This document shows, piece by piece, positions 1 through 12,000 of a stretch of DNA of 64,000 bases; position 1 is the first letter of the stretch; each line of letters opens with the position of its first letter. The stretch is from Azolla caroliniana. Lineage: Eukaryota; Plantae; Polypodiophyta. The notes under the pieces were generated by a model. The model saw only the letters and a list, made by a program, of their open reading frames with translations, had not been told where the DNA came from and ran no database searches. A program made the translations under genes and the position numbers. The stretch lies in NCBI GenBank assembly GCA_043228905.1, contig JBHGNT010000012.1:3596001-3660000 (forward strand), in the 5' to 3' direction.

Positions 1-821
1 CCAAGTGTAGCCTTTAAAGTTTGGTGGATGTCACCTAATGTTATTATTATAATTTATCAATGTGCTTCAAATATAGCTATTCTCGTGCCCTTAAAGGAAC
101 TCATGCCTCGATGTTATTGTTCAAAAATTAAGCATAGTGGATGCGACCTATCAACACTCTAATGAATACAATTTGAAACTTTAAGGGTAGTTGGGGGGCT
201 GAACTTATCGTTTTGTAAAAGGTCCTCTATAATAGTCGGGTTCAAGGTCCCATTGGCACTCAATAACGATTGTGTAGGGTTTGGGATTGGCAACATTGTG
301 CCTAACATATGAAAGGAATTGAAAGTCTCAATCACTTAAGCTTGACTGTTATGTCACACCATAAATTGAGTCTTGTTGAATTGTCATATGCATAAATGTT
401 CACAAAATTGCAAATCACTATCCTACTACATCACAAAATCATGCATGAAATTGATGGCATGGTTGACATACAATAAGACTTTATCTAGACAACAAACACA
501 ACAAGAATCGTCACATGCCTTGGTGTTCTTAGTTTGGTCGCTATTATGAAAGAGCGAGAGAGGGGGTCTATTTTCTCTCAAGCTAATGGACATTCATGGA
601 CCACTTGTGGTTTCAAAAACCAATGAATGCAACACAAGTTACGTGCGCGAATACAACAACAACAATATCACGTAGGGCCTAAATAGAGGCAAGGGACTTA
701 AAGGTCTCAAACACGTAACCTCGATCGTTATGTCACGCAATAATTTGACGCCATAAATGTTCACAAACATGCAAAACCCTATTGAACAGCCACGCAGTTG
801 TGCATGAAAGCAAGGGCATCG

Positions 822-1245
822 TCGATATACAACAAGACACACTCTAGGGCATTGTTGGCATACAATAAGACACCATCTAGGGCGTTATTGCATACAAAAA
901 GACACCATCTAGGGCATTGTTGGCATACAGTAAGACACCATCTAGGGCATTGTCGGCATACAATAAGACACCATCTAGGGCGTCGTTGGCATACAAGAAG
1001 ACACCATCTAGGGCATTGTTGGCATACAAGAAGACACCATCTAGGGCGTCGTTGGCATACAAGAAGACACCATCTAGGGCATTGTTGGCATACAAGAAGA
1101 CACCATCTAGGGCGTCGTTGGCATACAATAAGACACCATCTAGGGCGTTGTTGGCATACAATAAGAGACCATCTAGGGCGTTGTTGACATACAATAAGAC
1201 ACCATCTAGGGCATTGTTGGCATACAATAACACACCATCCGGGCA
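822..1245. repeat. 33-bp minisatellite, about 12-13 copies (consensus GACACCATCTAGGGC[A/G]T[T/C]GTTGGCATACAA[T/G]AA)
   Basis: Directly visible tandem units. The overlapping ORFs show 11-aa periodicity (YANNALDGVLL / TRRHHLGHCWH). There are no unique spacers. Confidence 0.95.
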
Positions 1246-1418
1246 ACAAACGCAATAAGAACGTCTATGCATGGCCCGATGTTCAAGGGGGGGGGGGGGG
1301 GGGGGAGCGAGACACGACCGAGTCGATTTCAATGGTCAGGCGCACGTGCCCAAATGTGGAGACGATGATTGGCCAGGTCTGGTAGGAGAAACGCAGAGCA
1401 AGAGCCATCATCTGTCAA

Positions 1419-1478
1419 CATCATCACATCATCATCATCACATCATCATCATCATCATCATGAGCATGATCATCATCG
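1419..1478. repeat. (CAT)n microsatellite
   Basis: Run of catcatcat upstream of the ABCG gene. Confidence 0.9.
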
Positions 1479-1706
1479 TGTGAGAGGAGAGGTCCGAGGT
1501 TCGATTCCTGACATTGCCTCTCTTTTTTTTTCATCCCCCAAACAAACCCAAAAAACAAATCAATGAATCAAACCAGTCAAATTTGCTTGCAGTAGTAGTA
1601 ACTGCTCTTCCCTAAACAGATCTCCTCCTGCTCCTCTGCATTCAATGATGCTGTTGGGAAGGTAATCAAGCAGATACAGTTAGGGAGGAGAAGGCTTTGA
1701 AGGCGA

Positions 1707-1721
1707 CAGAGAGAGAGAGAG

Positions 1722-1752
<31 letters not shown>
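1707..1752. repeat. (GA)n/(GATA)n compound microsatellite in the putative 5' leader of the ABCG gene
   Basis: Visible repeat. Confidence 0.9.
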
Positions 1753-1754
<2 letters not shown>

Positions 1755-1927
1755 TCTTTCTCTGTTCCTTCCTGAAGCTGAAAGGAAGATGAGAAAGAAA
1801 GATGATGGAAGTAAATTACTATCCTCTTCTTATCCTCCACATTGGCTGCTACCCTCCTCTGTTTCTCTCCCAAAGCTCTCCAGGGCTATTACAAAAAGGA
1901 GCTCTAGAGCTACAGATAGGAGCCTTG

Positions 1928-2327
1928 CCTTAGGGTTCCTGTTTCTGGTAAGATCAGGGCTGTTCCTTCTAGGATTGGGGTGGTATTTAGAAGGCTTAGG
2001 TTTTCGTTTACCAGGATTGGGGCTGCCAATTAGAAGGGTCAGGGTTGCCATTGCGGGGACTGGGTTTTGATTTTACAAGGATTCAGGTTAAATTTACGAG
2101 GACTAGGGTTGCCTCTGCCTCTGAAAGGGTTAGGCTTGCTTGGGCAAGGATTAGGGTTACTTTTACGAAGTCTAGGGTTGCATTTGCAAGGATTAGCTCG
2201 GCCATGGGTTAATTCTGTTTCCGCAAGGATTCGGTCTCTTGGAGCAAAGTTTAGGGTTTCTGCATTCGCAAGGATCTCTATTAGGGTTGATCCTACACTC
2301 TGCTCTGGTGTAAGGGTTAGGGTTTAC
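1928..2327 (+). promoter_or_regulatory. Cluster of telo-box-like TAGGGTT motifs upstream of the ABCG start codon
   Basis: About 8 TAGGGTT occurrences (near 1931, 1997, 2105, 2152, 2173, 2252, 2282, 2318). This is the reverse complement of the plant telo-box core AACCCTA. The regulatory role is inferred. Confidence 0.5.
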
Positions 2328-2377
2328 ACCCCCATTCAAGAGAGAAGAGGTTTCTCTCCCTTATCCAAAATTTCAGA

Positions 2378-5300
2378 ATGGAACTTACTCAACAGACAAG
2401 TGCCGATATTAAAGATTCCACAGCAAACCATGCTTCGAAATACCTCCCTAACATGAGTCCTCTAAGTGAGACTCTTTGGAGGAATGTGAAGAATGTGAAG
2501 AATCCCCCCATTGCTTCTAAGGATGGGACCTCAGCTTGGCTCACTTGGAAGGATCTCACTGTGTGTGTCTCTAATGCTACAGGAGAAACTCATGCCATTC
2601 TTGACAATCTTAGCGGATATGCTGAACCTGCTTTCATGACGGCTATCATGGGTCCCTCCGGTTCGGGGAAATCCACTCTCCTTGATGCTCTAGCTGGTAT
2701 AAACGTGTCTTCATTTCAAGTACATGTTAGAGTTAAAATATTAGTTAAATTCACATTCAAGTGCTTGCTTAGTCAGTATGCTCAATTGTGATTGGGCTTT
2801 ACAATTCCTCTAGTATCATATGCTACTCTGTTGCTTGCTTATTTGGGTATGATCAATTGCCATAAATGGTATCATTTCCCTCATGTTATATGCCACATAC
2901 CTGCATATGCTTCCTGCTTATTTGATGTGCTCAATTGTTGTTAGGTTCATTATTCCCCTTATATATGCTGTGTATGTGCATCTGTTACGTGCTTATTCGC
3001 TCGCTTGAGTCCCATAAGTGCCACCATTCCTTGTTTTGTATTATATGCTTCATATGGGATTTATTCTATTGTGATTATGCTATCATTCCCATTGCATATG
3101 CTACAAAAAATCCATGTGCATATCTTCTTGTGTGTGTGTGTGTTCGTATGCTCAGTTATGATATTTTTACCATTACCCTTGTTTATGTACTTGTTATGTC
3201 TCTGTTGCTTATTGGTATGCGACGTTGTCACAATTTATTGCACCCTTTTATATATGCTTTCTATATAAAATTGTATAGCTTGGCGTTCCCCTTATATACA
3301 TATTCAATGTGCATCTGTGATTCTGTTCCTTGCTTATCATTCCCTTGTGATGTATCCTTATTGCATTTGCAGATTTGTCATTGTTATGCTCCATTGTGAT
3401 AGTTCTATAGTGTCCGTTTTATAGGCATTTTGGTGTGTGCAAATGTGATATTTTATTTCCCCTTGTTATGCACTGGCTTATCTATTGCCATGTTAAATTG
3501 TGACTGTTTTATCATCTCCCTATATATGCATATGTGCATTTTCTGCTTTTATATTAGTGTGCTCAATTATGATAGCTTTAGCATATATGTGTGTGTGTAG
3601 GTCGCCTTGCAAAGAATGCTTTGCTGACAGGACAAGTGCTTGTGAATGGTCGAAACATGAAGCTTTCATATGGTTCTGCGGTGAGTTTAGAAGCGTGATG
3701 AGAGCTCATATGATGCTCTCTTGTCATTAGAAAGTATTAAGAACATTTTTTTCAGTGGCAAATCGAAAGCATAAGTATTGTTTCTTGTTTCATGTGTTTG
3801 TAAATGGATTTGCAGGCCTATGTCACTCAAGAAGATACACTGCTTGGAACTCTTACAGTTCGAGAGACGATCCACTATTCAGCTCATCTTCGACTGCCAG
3901 ATAATATGCCCAAAAAAGAGAAGGAGACGGTTGTTGAGGGTACCATTCTGGAGATGGGCCTGCAAGACTGTGCTGATACACCAGTCGGGAACTGGCATGT
4001 GCGTGGTCTGAGTGGAGGTGAAAAGAGGAGGGTGAGCATCGCATTAGAGATCCTTACCAGACCCCGGATTCTCTTTCTTGATGAGCCCACCAGCGGACTT
4101 GACAGGTATATTAATAATACTCTCCAGGGCTGATAAAACCAGATTTATAGCTTATCTTTAATGGGTTTAAAAAAATGAAGAACTGGCATTCCAAACCCCT
4201 TCCCCTTAATTTCAAGTTGAACTATGGTTGCACATTCTTGATCCTTGCATCACTAAGTCTTTTTGGAAAAGTGCTTGTGCATGGGCCTACTTTGCATAGC
4301 AAAGTATCAAATTGCCAGTATTTTCAAAAAAATATCAATGCTAATGCTAGCACCTTAGGGCAATGTTGTGTTTTTAGACCCACAAAATAAATTAGATTTT
4401 CTTCCACCATAAATTAATTTCTTTACATAAATTAGAGAAAATTTATTATAAGTGAAAACCATTTAATTTTCAGAAGGTCAGAGAAAAGATTTAGATGAAC
4501 AGATATTTTTTGGTTGGGAAAACATTTATTCATGTTTCATATAATCAGTAGAAAAATGCTTGACTGAGATTTGTAAGATACTATATGCTTTCAAATTTTT
4601 GTACTCGCAGTGCATCTTCTTTCTTCGTGCTTCAGACATTGAGAAGCCTTTCACGTGATGGCCGGACTGTTCTCTTTTCCATCCACCAGCCGAGCAGCGA
4701 GGTGTTTGCGCTCTTTGACAATCTCTTTCTCTTATCAGGGGGCAGAACAGTCTTCTTTGGGAAAGCTGCTTGTGCCCATGAGGTTTGCTTCAAGAAAACT
4801 CTATATATTGGAAAGGCTATATTGGTTTATTGTATGTAACAGTTGGTTGCATTGTGGGATCTCTTGTAGTTCTTTGCCGATGCTGGCTTCCCTTGTCCGC
4901 CAAGGCGGAACCCATCTGATCACTTTCTACGGTGTGTGAATTCAGATTTTGACAGAGTAAAACAAGCTGTGCAAGGCTCTCAAAAGCGCAGGGTAAGTTG
5001 TTGATGCACATAATGAATATGCGAAAATCTGTGATATGGATTTGAATCATCACTTGGGTTTGTTTTCTATTGTTTGGAATGATCGTTGAATGTTTATCAT
5101 TACATACACAGCATAAGCCATAGTGATAACACAAAAATTCTCTACATGGACCTGCAATATCACTTGGATTGGTTTTCTATGGTGTAATGTGATAATCAAA
5201 TGTTCATTGAAACATTGTTTGGATTGTCTTTCTTGGGTATTGCATGAGATGAATTTTTCTGTTGGGATATTGATGGCTACAAATATAGTCCTTTTTTTTT

Positions 5301-7488
5301 GTATTTGATGTCCTCAGTTTATGTTGTTTGTCCTACAGGCAAATGATGTTGTAGATACTTCAACGAAACTCTTGACTTCAGAAGTTGTTGAGCTACTCTC
5401 AAGGTCTTATAGAAACTCAGAGCATGCAATGCTAACTGCTTCCAGGATAGAGGAGATTTCTCTTTTCGTACGTAGTTTTACTGCAGTTCCCTTTACGTTC
5501 TGTTTTCTAATTCAATTTGATGGATTCCTGACATAAACCATTATATTTTTGGCAGAAAAATACACTACTGTGTCCAAGAGGCAGTTTAGCAAGCTTTTGG
5601 ATGCAATCCAAGGTGTTGACAAAGCGATCTTTTCTTAACATGAGTAGAGATGTTGGTTATTACTGGCTTCGACTCGTCATATACATAATTGTAGCCATAA
5701 GTGTTGGAAGTCTTTACTATAATGTTGGGACTAGTTATAGCTCGATATTGGTAAGTACTTTTTTCTCAGAATATTGAATACTAGTTGGAATTTTGTAGCA
5801 TGCAAATGCTGATAAATTACTTTTACAGGCCAGAGGTGCATGCACTTCATTTGTGTCTGGTTTTGTTACTTTCATGTCAGTTGGTGGTTTCCCTTCTTTC
5901 ATTGAGGACATGAAGGTGAGTACACATTTAGGTAGATTACATCAATACATTTGAGAAATTACAATACTGCAGATGTAAGAAAATATAGCGGAAACTATGA
6001 AGGTCCACCTGTAAGGAAACAACAGTGAAATTCCCTACTTTCCACAGGTTTTCCACCGGGAGAGGTTGAATGGACACTATGGAGTGCTTGCCTTTGTGAT
6101 TGGGAATACTTTGTCCTCTATTCCGTTCTTATTTGTTATTGCTTTAGCCACTGGTACAATCTGCTATTTTATGGCTGGTTTGCATCCTGGTTTTACCCAC
6201 TATGTGTTCTATATTGCAAACATATTTGGATGTATTACTGTGGTAGAAAGTTTAATGATGGCCATTGCAAGTGTAGTTCCAAACTTCCTTATGGGGATCA
6301 TCACAGGGGCTGGTGTTATGGTAAATGAGATGCGTTCTTTGTAATCTGTCTCTTTCTTTTTAACCCATTTGAAATTAAAGAATTTGAGACTTTTCTCACT
6401 TACATCAGGGTATGTTCATGTTGGTTGCGGGGTTCTTTCGTCTTCCAAATGACTTGCCCAAGATTTTTTGGAGATATCCTTTGTCATACATGAGCTTCAA
6501 CTATTGGGCATTACAGGTATTCTATACATCTGCTTCTAAACGTGTTTTAATTGATAGCTCCATTAGTTTTCATCAGCCAATATCATGTCTTTGCGATATC
6601 TGCCATAATTGTGATGTGGGACCTGAGTTTGATTTCTTCGTATAAAAACAAATGTTCTAATTGGTAAATAGCTCCATCAGGCCTCATCTAGTAAACCTCA
6701 TCACTCTTTATCTTCTCTATGGGTTTATGCATTATCTGCCCCTGTGATTTAGTTTTGCTTTGTTCACTTATTGAGTCAATATTGTTTCTTTTACTTTCTC
6801 TATGGGGTTATGCATTATCTGCCCAAATTTGCATATTGATGCATTGTCTGCCTTTCTGTGATGTATTTGTTTTCACACAAATACATATATCAGCTCTTAT
6901 TGAGTAAACACGGTCATGTTTATCTCTATGGGGTTATGCAGTAGCTGCCTAAATTGTAGGTGGGTTGTGCATGTTGATGCATTATCTGTCTGAATTGGGA
7001 TGTGGTATTTGCATGTTTATGCCATATCTGCCTTTGTGCTGTGGGTTTTACACGTTTGTACATTGTATGCTTTAAATGTGATGTGGGTTTTGCATGTCAA
7101 TGCATCACTGCTGCAATTGTTACGTATTATTTTCCTTAAATGTTATGCAGATTTAAATTCTTCATGCAATTTATCTACATTACAGGGTCAATATAAGAAT
7201 GACATGCTGGGGCTTACGTTTGACAACATAAGTCCTTTACTGCCTCCTCTCTCTGGAGAGCAGATTCTCAAAGAACACTTCCAGATCGATTTAAGTTGGG
7301 ACAAGTGGTGGGATAATGCCATGGTTTTTGCAAACATATTTGTGTTTCGGCTGGTTTTTTTCATTAATATAAAGCTCAGTGAGAAAGTTCTTCCTCATTT
7401 GCACACATTCTATGCTAAACACACCGCACGGTGGCGAACTCAAAAGCCCTCTACAAAGATGACTATACCTGTCATTTCTTATGATTAG
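2378..7488 (+). CDS. ABC transporter G family half-transporter (ABCG11/WBC11-like), 11 exons
   Basis: Exons with GT-AG boundaries: 2378-2696, 3601-3680, 3816-4105, 4611-4782, 4870-4992, 5339-5467, 5556-5750, 5829-5915, 6048-6320, 6409-6516, 7186-7488. Motifs: Walker [11 protein letters not shown]-loop AYVTQED, signature LSGGEKRRV, Walker [13 protein letters not shown]-loop [13 protein letters not shown] and TMD motif [17 protein letters not shown] precedes TMD. Confidence 0.95.
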
Positions 7489-9080
7489 AGAGCTCAAAAC
7501 GTAAACGGAAAAGAAGGGCCATATCGTAATGCTGATGATATAGCATTGAATTGTGGTTTTTGAGAATAATTGTTTCTTATGCGATTTATCACTCACAATA
7601 TTAACCTTTACATTTATTATAAAAGATAGCTACCTAGAGTGAATGGTTAGGTGACCTTAAAAAACAGTGTTGCTGATGCGAATGTAAAGTATTCGTAACT
7701 CACCATAGCTGTAAAAACTACTGGGGCTTGCTATTCATTTGTTAGACTAATGCCAAATGAATTGTAAATGTATTCTTATCATTTTATTCTTTTTAATAAA
7801 TGCTGTATTTTTTCATTGTTCTTCTAAGTAAGATGTTCTTATACAATAGGACAAGAGTTTTACGTTTGACATTATCATTAAAATGCCCTTCCCCTTACAT
7901 TATCTTCAATATTATTAAAACATAAACTTGTAAATTATCATGCACATACTAAAATTGCTAACATCTTAATACAATACAGAAATCAATCAGTGAAGATGTA
8001 GTCTAGATGTTTGTAATGATACTTCGTACATATTATTTAAAGCTTCACAAATTGTTCAAATTTATGGGTCGCCTTCACTTGAAGTTAATTAACTACAATT
8101 TACTGCATAGAAGTGGGACACCATATGTAACTGCTATTTATCAGCAAAAGGACCAAGCCAATAGCAAGGATCAATCTTAGCTATTTCTATGATATTGTAT
8201 TTCTATATAGGCCAACTTTAAGAGATTTCTCCAACTTCCAGCAGTTTTAGTCCACCTCTCACATAGTAACAAATTAGTTCATAAAGAAATGCTCATTTTG
8301 TGAATCACAAAATATCAAATAAAGAATAAAATACATTTACTAGTAAATAAATCCTCCATACATTTAATCCTTAATTATGATTCTCTAATCCACTTATCTA
8401 AATTAAAGAATCAAACAATCACAAGAAGTCGGTAAATCAATCATGGCATTAGCTACTATCAAGGTTTATGACAATTGGCAACTTACAATAAATCCTTCAT
8501 CAAGTGACTGATCATTGATTCATAAGCAAACAAACATCAGATGAAATAAATAAAACTAACAAGAAGGTTTTACCACAGTTGAAATCTTCAATTCCAACAA
8601 ATCTGATAAGCCTAATATTTTTCATGCCAAAGAAATAAAAATCATATTACAAGCCTACAGAAGTCCTAATTGCAAGTCATGCCTCTCCAAATTCATCAGA
8701 TGTGTAGTCAGATCATAAATTACACACCAAAGGATCCTCACATATTATTATGTATAGGAATCTCTATAAATAGAAATGGCCCTGAATACCTAGCATGAAA
8801 GGCCCATAATAGAAATTGCCTACGGTTTCTCTGAAAATGTCTGCAGTAACTGCCAAAATTCATGATATAATCAAGAGCATTTTTACACACCCACCTAACC
8901 TGAAGTTATGTATAATAAATTTGCAATTGAGAAAACCCAAATCATTTAGTTGAGGAAAGGGATGTATATATTACTTTGTTGTAAGCTTGTTCCCATTCTT
9001 TCTAGAAACGAAAAAGTGGTCTTCAACAAATTGAAAAAAATTTGAAGTTTTATTTTCACGAAAAATCATGGAAGATACTT

Positions 9081-12000
9081 TCATAACTCTGGTTTGATTA
9101 TCAATGTATTCTTATCATCGATCAGGTTTCCTTCTTGCCTTTGCTCTTGTGAAAGGGATTCCTCTTTAATTCCATCACTATCAACATCTTCGAGGGGTTC
9201 TGGAACGTTGTTTCCCTGAAGCTTTTTTACCTTGTGATATTCATCATAATGAGCTTTCCGATGCTCTGTAAAGCTCACACTGTGATGGTGGTTCAGACCC
9301 TCATCTAGCATGAAAAAATGAAAAACAAACTTTACATGAAGCTAGTTTCTCTTCAGCATTTGTTGTTGAAAGTGATTCATAAGCTATCTTTTTAGGAGCA
9401 AACTATTGTGTATACTCTCAAACTAAATTTTAAAATTTGAATCAATTCTGCAGTGATCATAACACTAAACACCTGTTGTCCAAAAATTGAGCCTCAAAAG
9501 TTGCAAAACATGAGCTGTATCGGTTACACCATCATCATGCTTACATGTTTAAACCGTGAAGTTTTGGCAAGATAACGCAGTGAACCTAGAGGCAAGATAC
9601 TGTCTGATGGCGGGGATATTGAAGGTCTTTTAAAGGGCACGCTTTCATATTTTACTTTAGCATGTAATTTCTTGTTTTTCATATTTTAATGAACAGTAGC
9701 TCAATTTCCATTTGGGTTCAGTGGAAGGATTTGAATTCCTAACTTTATCGCTTACGAGGGAAAAGCCTAAATCACTATACCAACACTCTGCCTTCATTCA
9801 TTCTAGTCTATCCAGAGAAACTTATGTGGAAAGCTAAAATGAGGGCGTCTTTGTACTGACCATAGTATATAATACAATATCTTTCATGGAAACACAAAGG
9901 AAAAAGAGAAAATATGTATAATAACTGGCACATTTCTTTCTGTTTTTGACATTTGCATTACTATGTAGTCTCGGTGATGGTCTTCTAGTGGTCAGCCATC
10001 ATTATTCATGTGATCTTGTTTTTATTTAGTTCATGTTGTTTAAAGGTGGATTGATATGGCAAACCATATCCATTCCATGAAGTATAGGTTAATAAGAGAA
10101 AAAAATGAGTGCAGACACACGTATCTATACTTTTTATGAGAAAAAGAGACATCTGCTTTAGAAGAACAGACACACATATACACATGAATCTTGATGTATT
10201 TTGTGACATATAATTAATAAAGTATCTTTTACAAACTAACAGAGATTATACATGGAAAAATGAACAAGATAAATATATGTCTATATAAAGATACCTTCTG
10301 CATCTTGATCCATGTCATCATCTCCTTCATCTTCAGAAGATGTCCAGCCACCTCTTGATCTAGAACGACTACTACTTGTAGAGGCAGCCTCCATCAGTGC
10401 AGCACAAATCTCTTGAGCCTGAACAGCTTGATCAACAAAAGCTCTATCTTCATCTATTGCTATCGGAGATATGGAACCTGTGATTTATAAGAGTACAAAA
10501 ATGAATGACATCTCTACCAAAAAGAGCTCCAAAAGAAACTGCATTGTTTCGTAACTTGACATCTATTTTACCATCTTCCTCTGCTGGAGCATGGTAGGGT
10601 GTCTTCGGTTCCGAGATTTTCTGCTTGGGAGTTCTGTTCGCATGCAGATATTCTAAATTTGCTTCATCCCAGACAATACGAGCATTCCTGTCAAGGGAGG
10701 AGAAAGAAAGAAATTAGTTATTTATATACATGGTGCATAAATTCTGACGAGGATCCCCATTGACCCATATTTGAGGGAAAATGGTATCAATAAGCTTGGA
10801 AGGTCAACACGAGACTCTATCTTTTCGCTTCACTAGTCATGTATCAGTTTCCTTTAGGTATATGCAATCCCTCTGAAAATTTTCTCTCAATTAAATGCAG
10901 GACCCTACTTGTTTGTAAATGGGGATTGAACCAAAAACTTTATTGTCCTGCATCAAAATAGCCACCACAACAATATCTAGTTTGTAAATGTGAACCGTCA
11001 CTGACTTATAGACCTTAGAGCATGTCCTCTGCCAGAAATAAACTGCTGGTTATGACTATCAACTGAAGTAGCGTTTAGACCACAAAGATCGTTGGTGTTG
11101 TAAACACTATACTCAAGTTTTCATTCCCTAATATAGTATAATACTCAATATTGTCAATACCAGTAGCTTTACAGGAGGTTATATCAAATATGTGGTCATA
11201 TATTGCATTATAATAATGGCGTCTTGCAGGGATGAAGGGAGAAATATCGAAAGAAAGATATATTAAACTCTTTTAAGAGACCAAAATGGCCTATAAGAAC
11301 AAACAAGATTTACATCTTAAAGTGTTGTCTTGTCTTTGAGCACAACAAACCGAATAAAAATATAAGTAAAAAATGGAAGTAACTAAAGAATCTTGTTATC
11401 TATACATGTAAGGTTCTTGTCTCAAATAGATTGTAATTTTTGTTTTCAAAATATCTCTAGCATGGGTCGATCTAGAATGGAGAGACCCCCAAAGCACAGA
11501 AGCAGCCTGCAGTGGCGGAAAAAAATAGCCTTTATATATCAATGACGTGATTTATAGGGCCAAGGCCTACATGTGCAACAAAGTTTTCAATTCCCCAATC
11601 TACTGTAACCGGTTTGCAATGTTCTGATCAGGAGCCCACTTTTGTAGCCCTTGATTGACTGGTAGCATGAATAGGAATGATGGGGCCAAAGAAAATTGTG
11701 ATTCTTTTTTGTTGACGAGCTTTTATGATGGTATTGTTGTTTTTCAACAACTTCTCCCTGTGTCTCTTGAATTCTAGCAAGAACAACCCCAACAACCGTT
11801 GGTCCTCATATTCCATTACCTTGTGTAGCAGGCCAAAGCCTTGGAGAGGCAGTGGTGTCTCCCTCTTATTTCATGGACAACACTATGGTTGCAAACATAT
11901 TGCTCTTCAAACTCCACTCCCTGGTTGCACAATTGATAGGTTCTTTCTTCCATAGATGTGCATGCTTATCTACCCATCTCAATCTCTAATTGATTTGAAG

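Noticed and set aside
822-1245. CRISPR array or repeat-protein gene (ORFs 779-1255, 798-1187, 877-1332, 917-1258)
   Set aside because: The units are contiguous with no unique spacers and the context is eukaryotic. The open frames follow from a stop-poor 33-bp unit.
1789-2456. Leu/Gly-rich ORFs upstream of ABCG
   Set aside because: They are a by-product of TAGGGTT-rich low-complexity sequence and have no recognisable domain.
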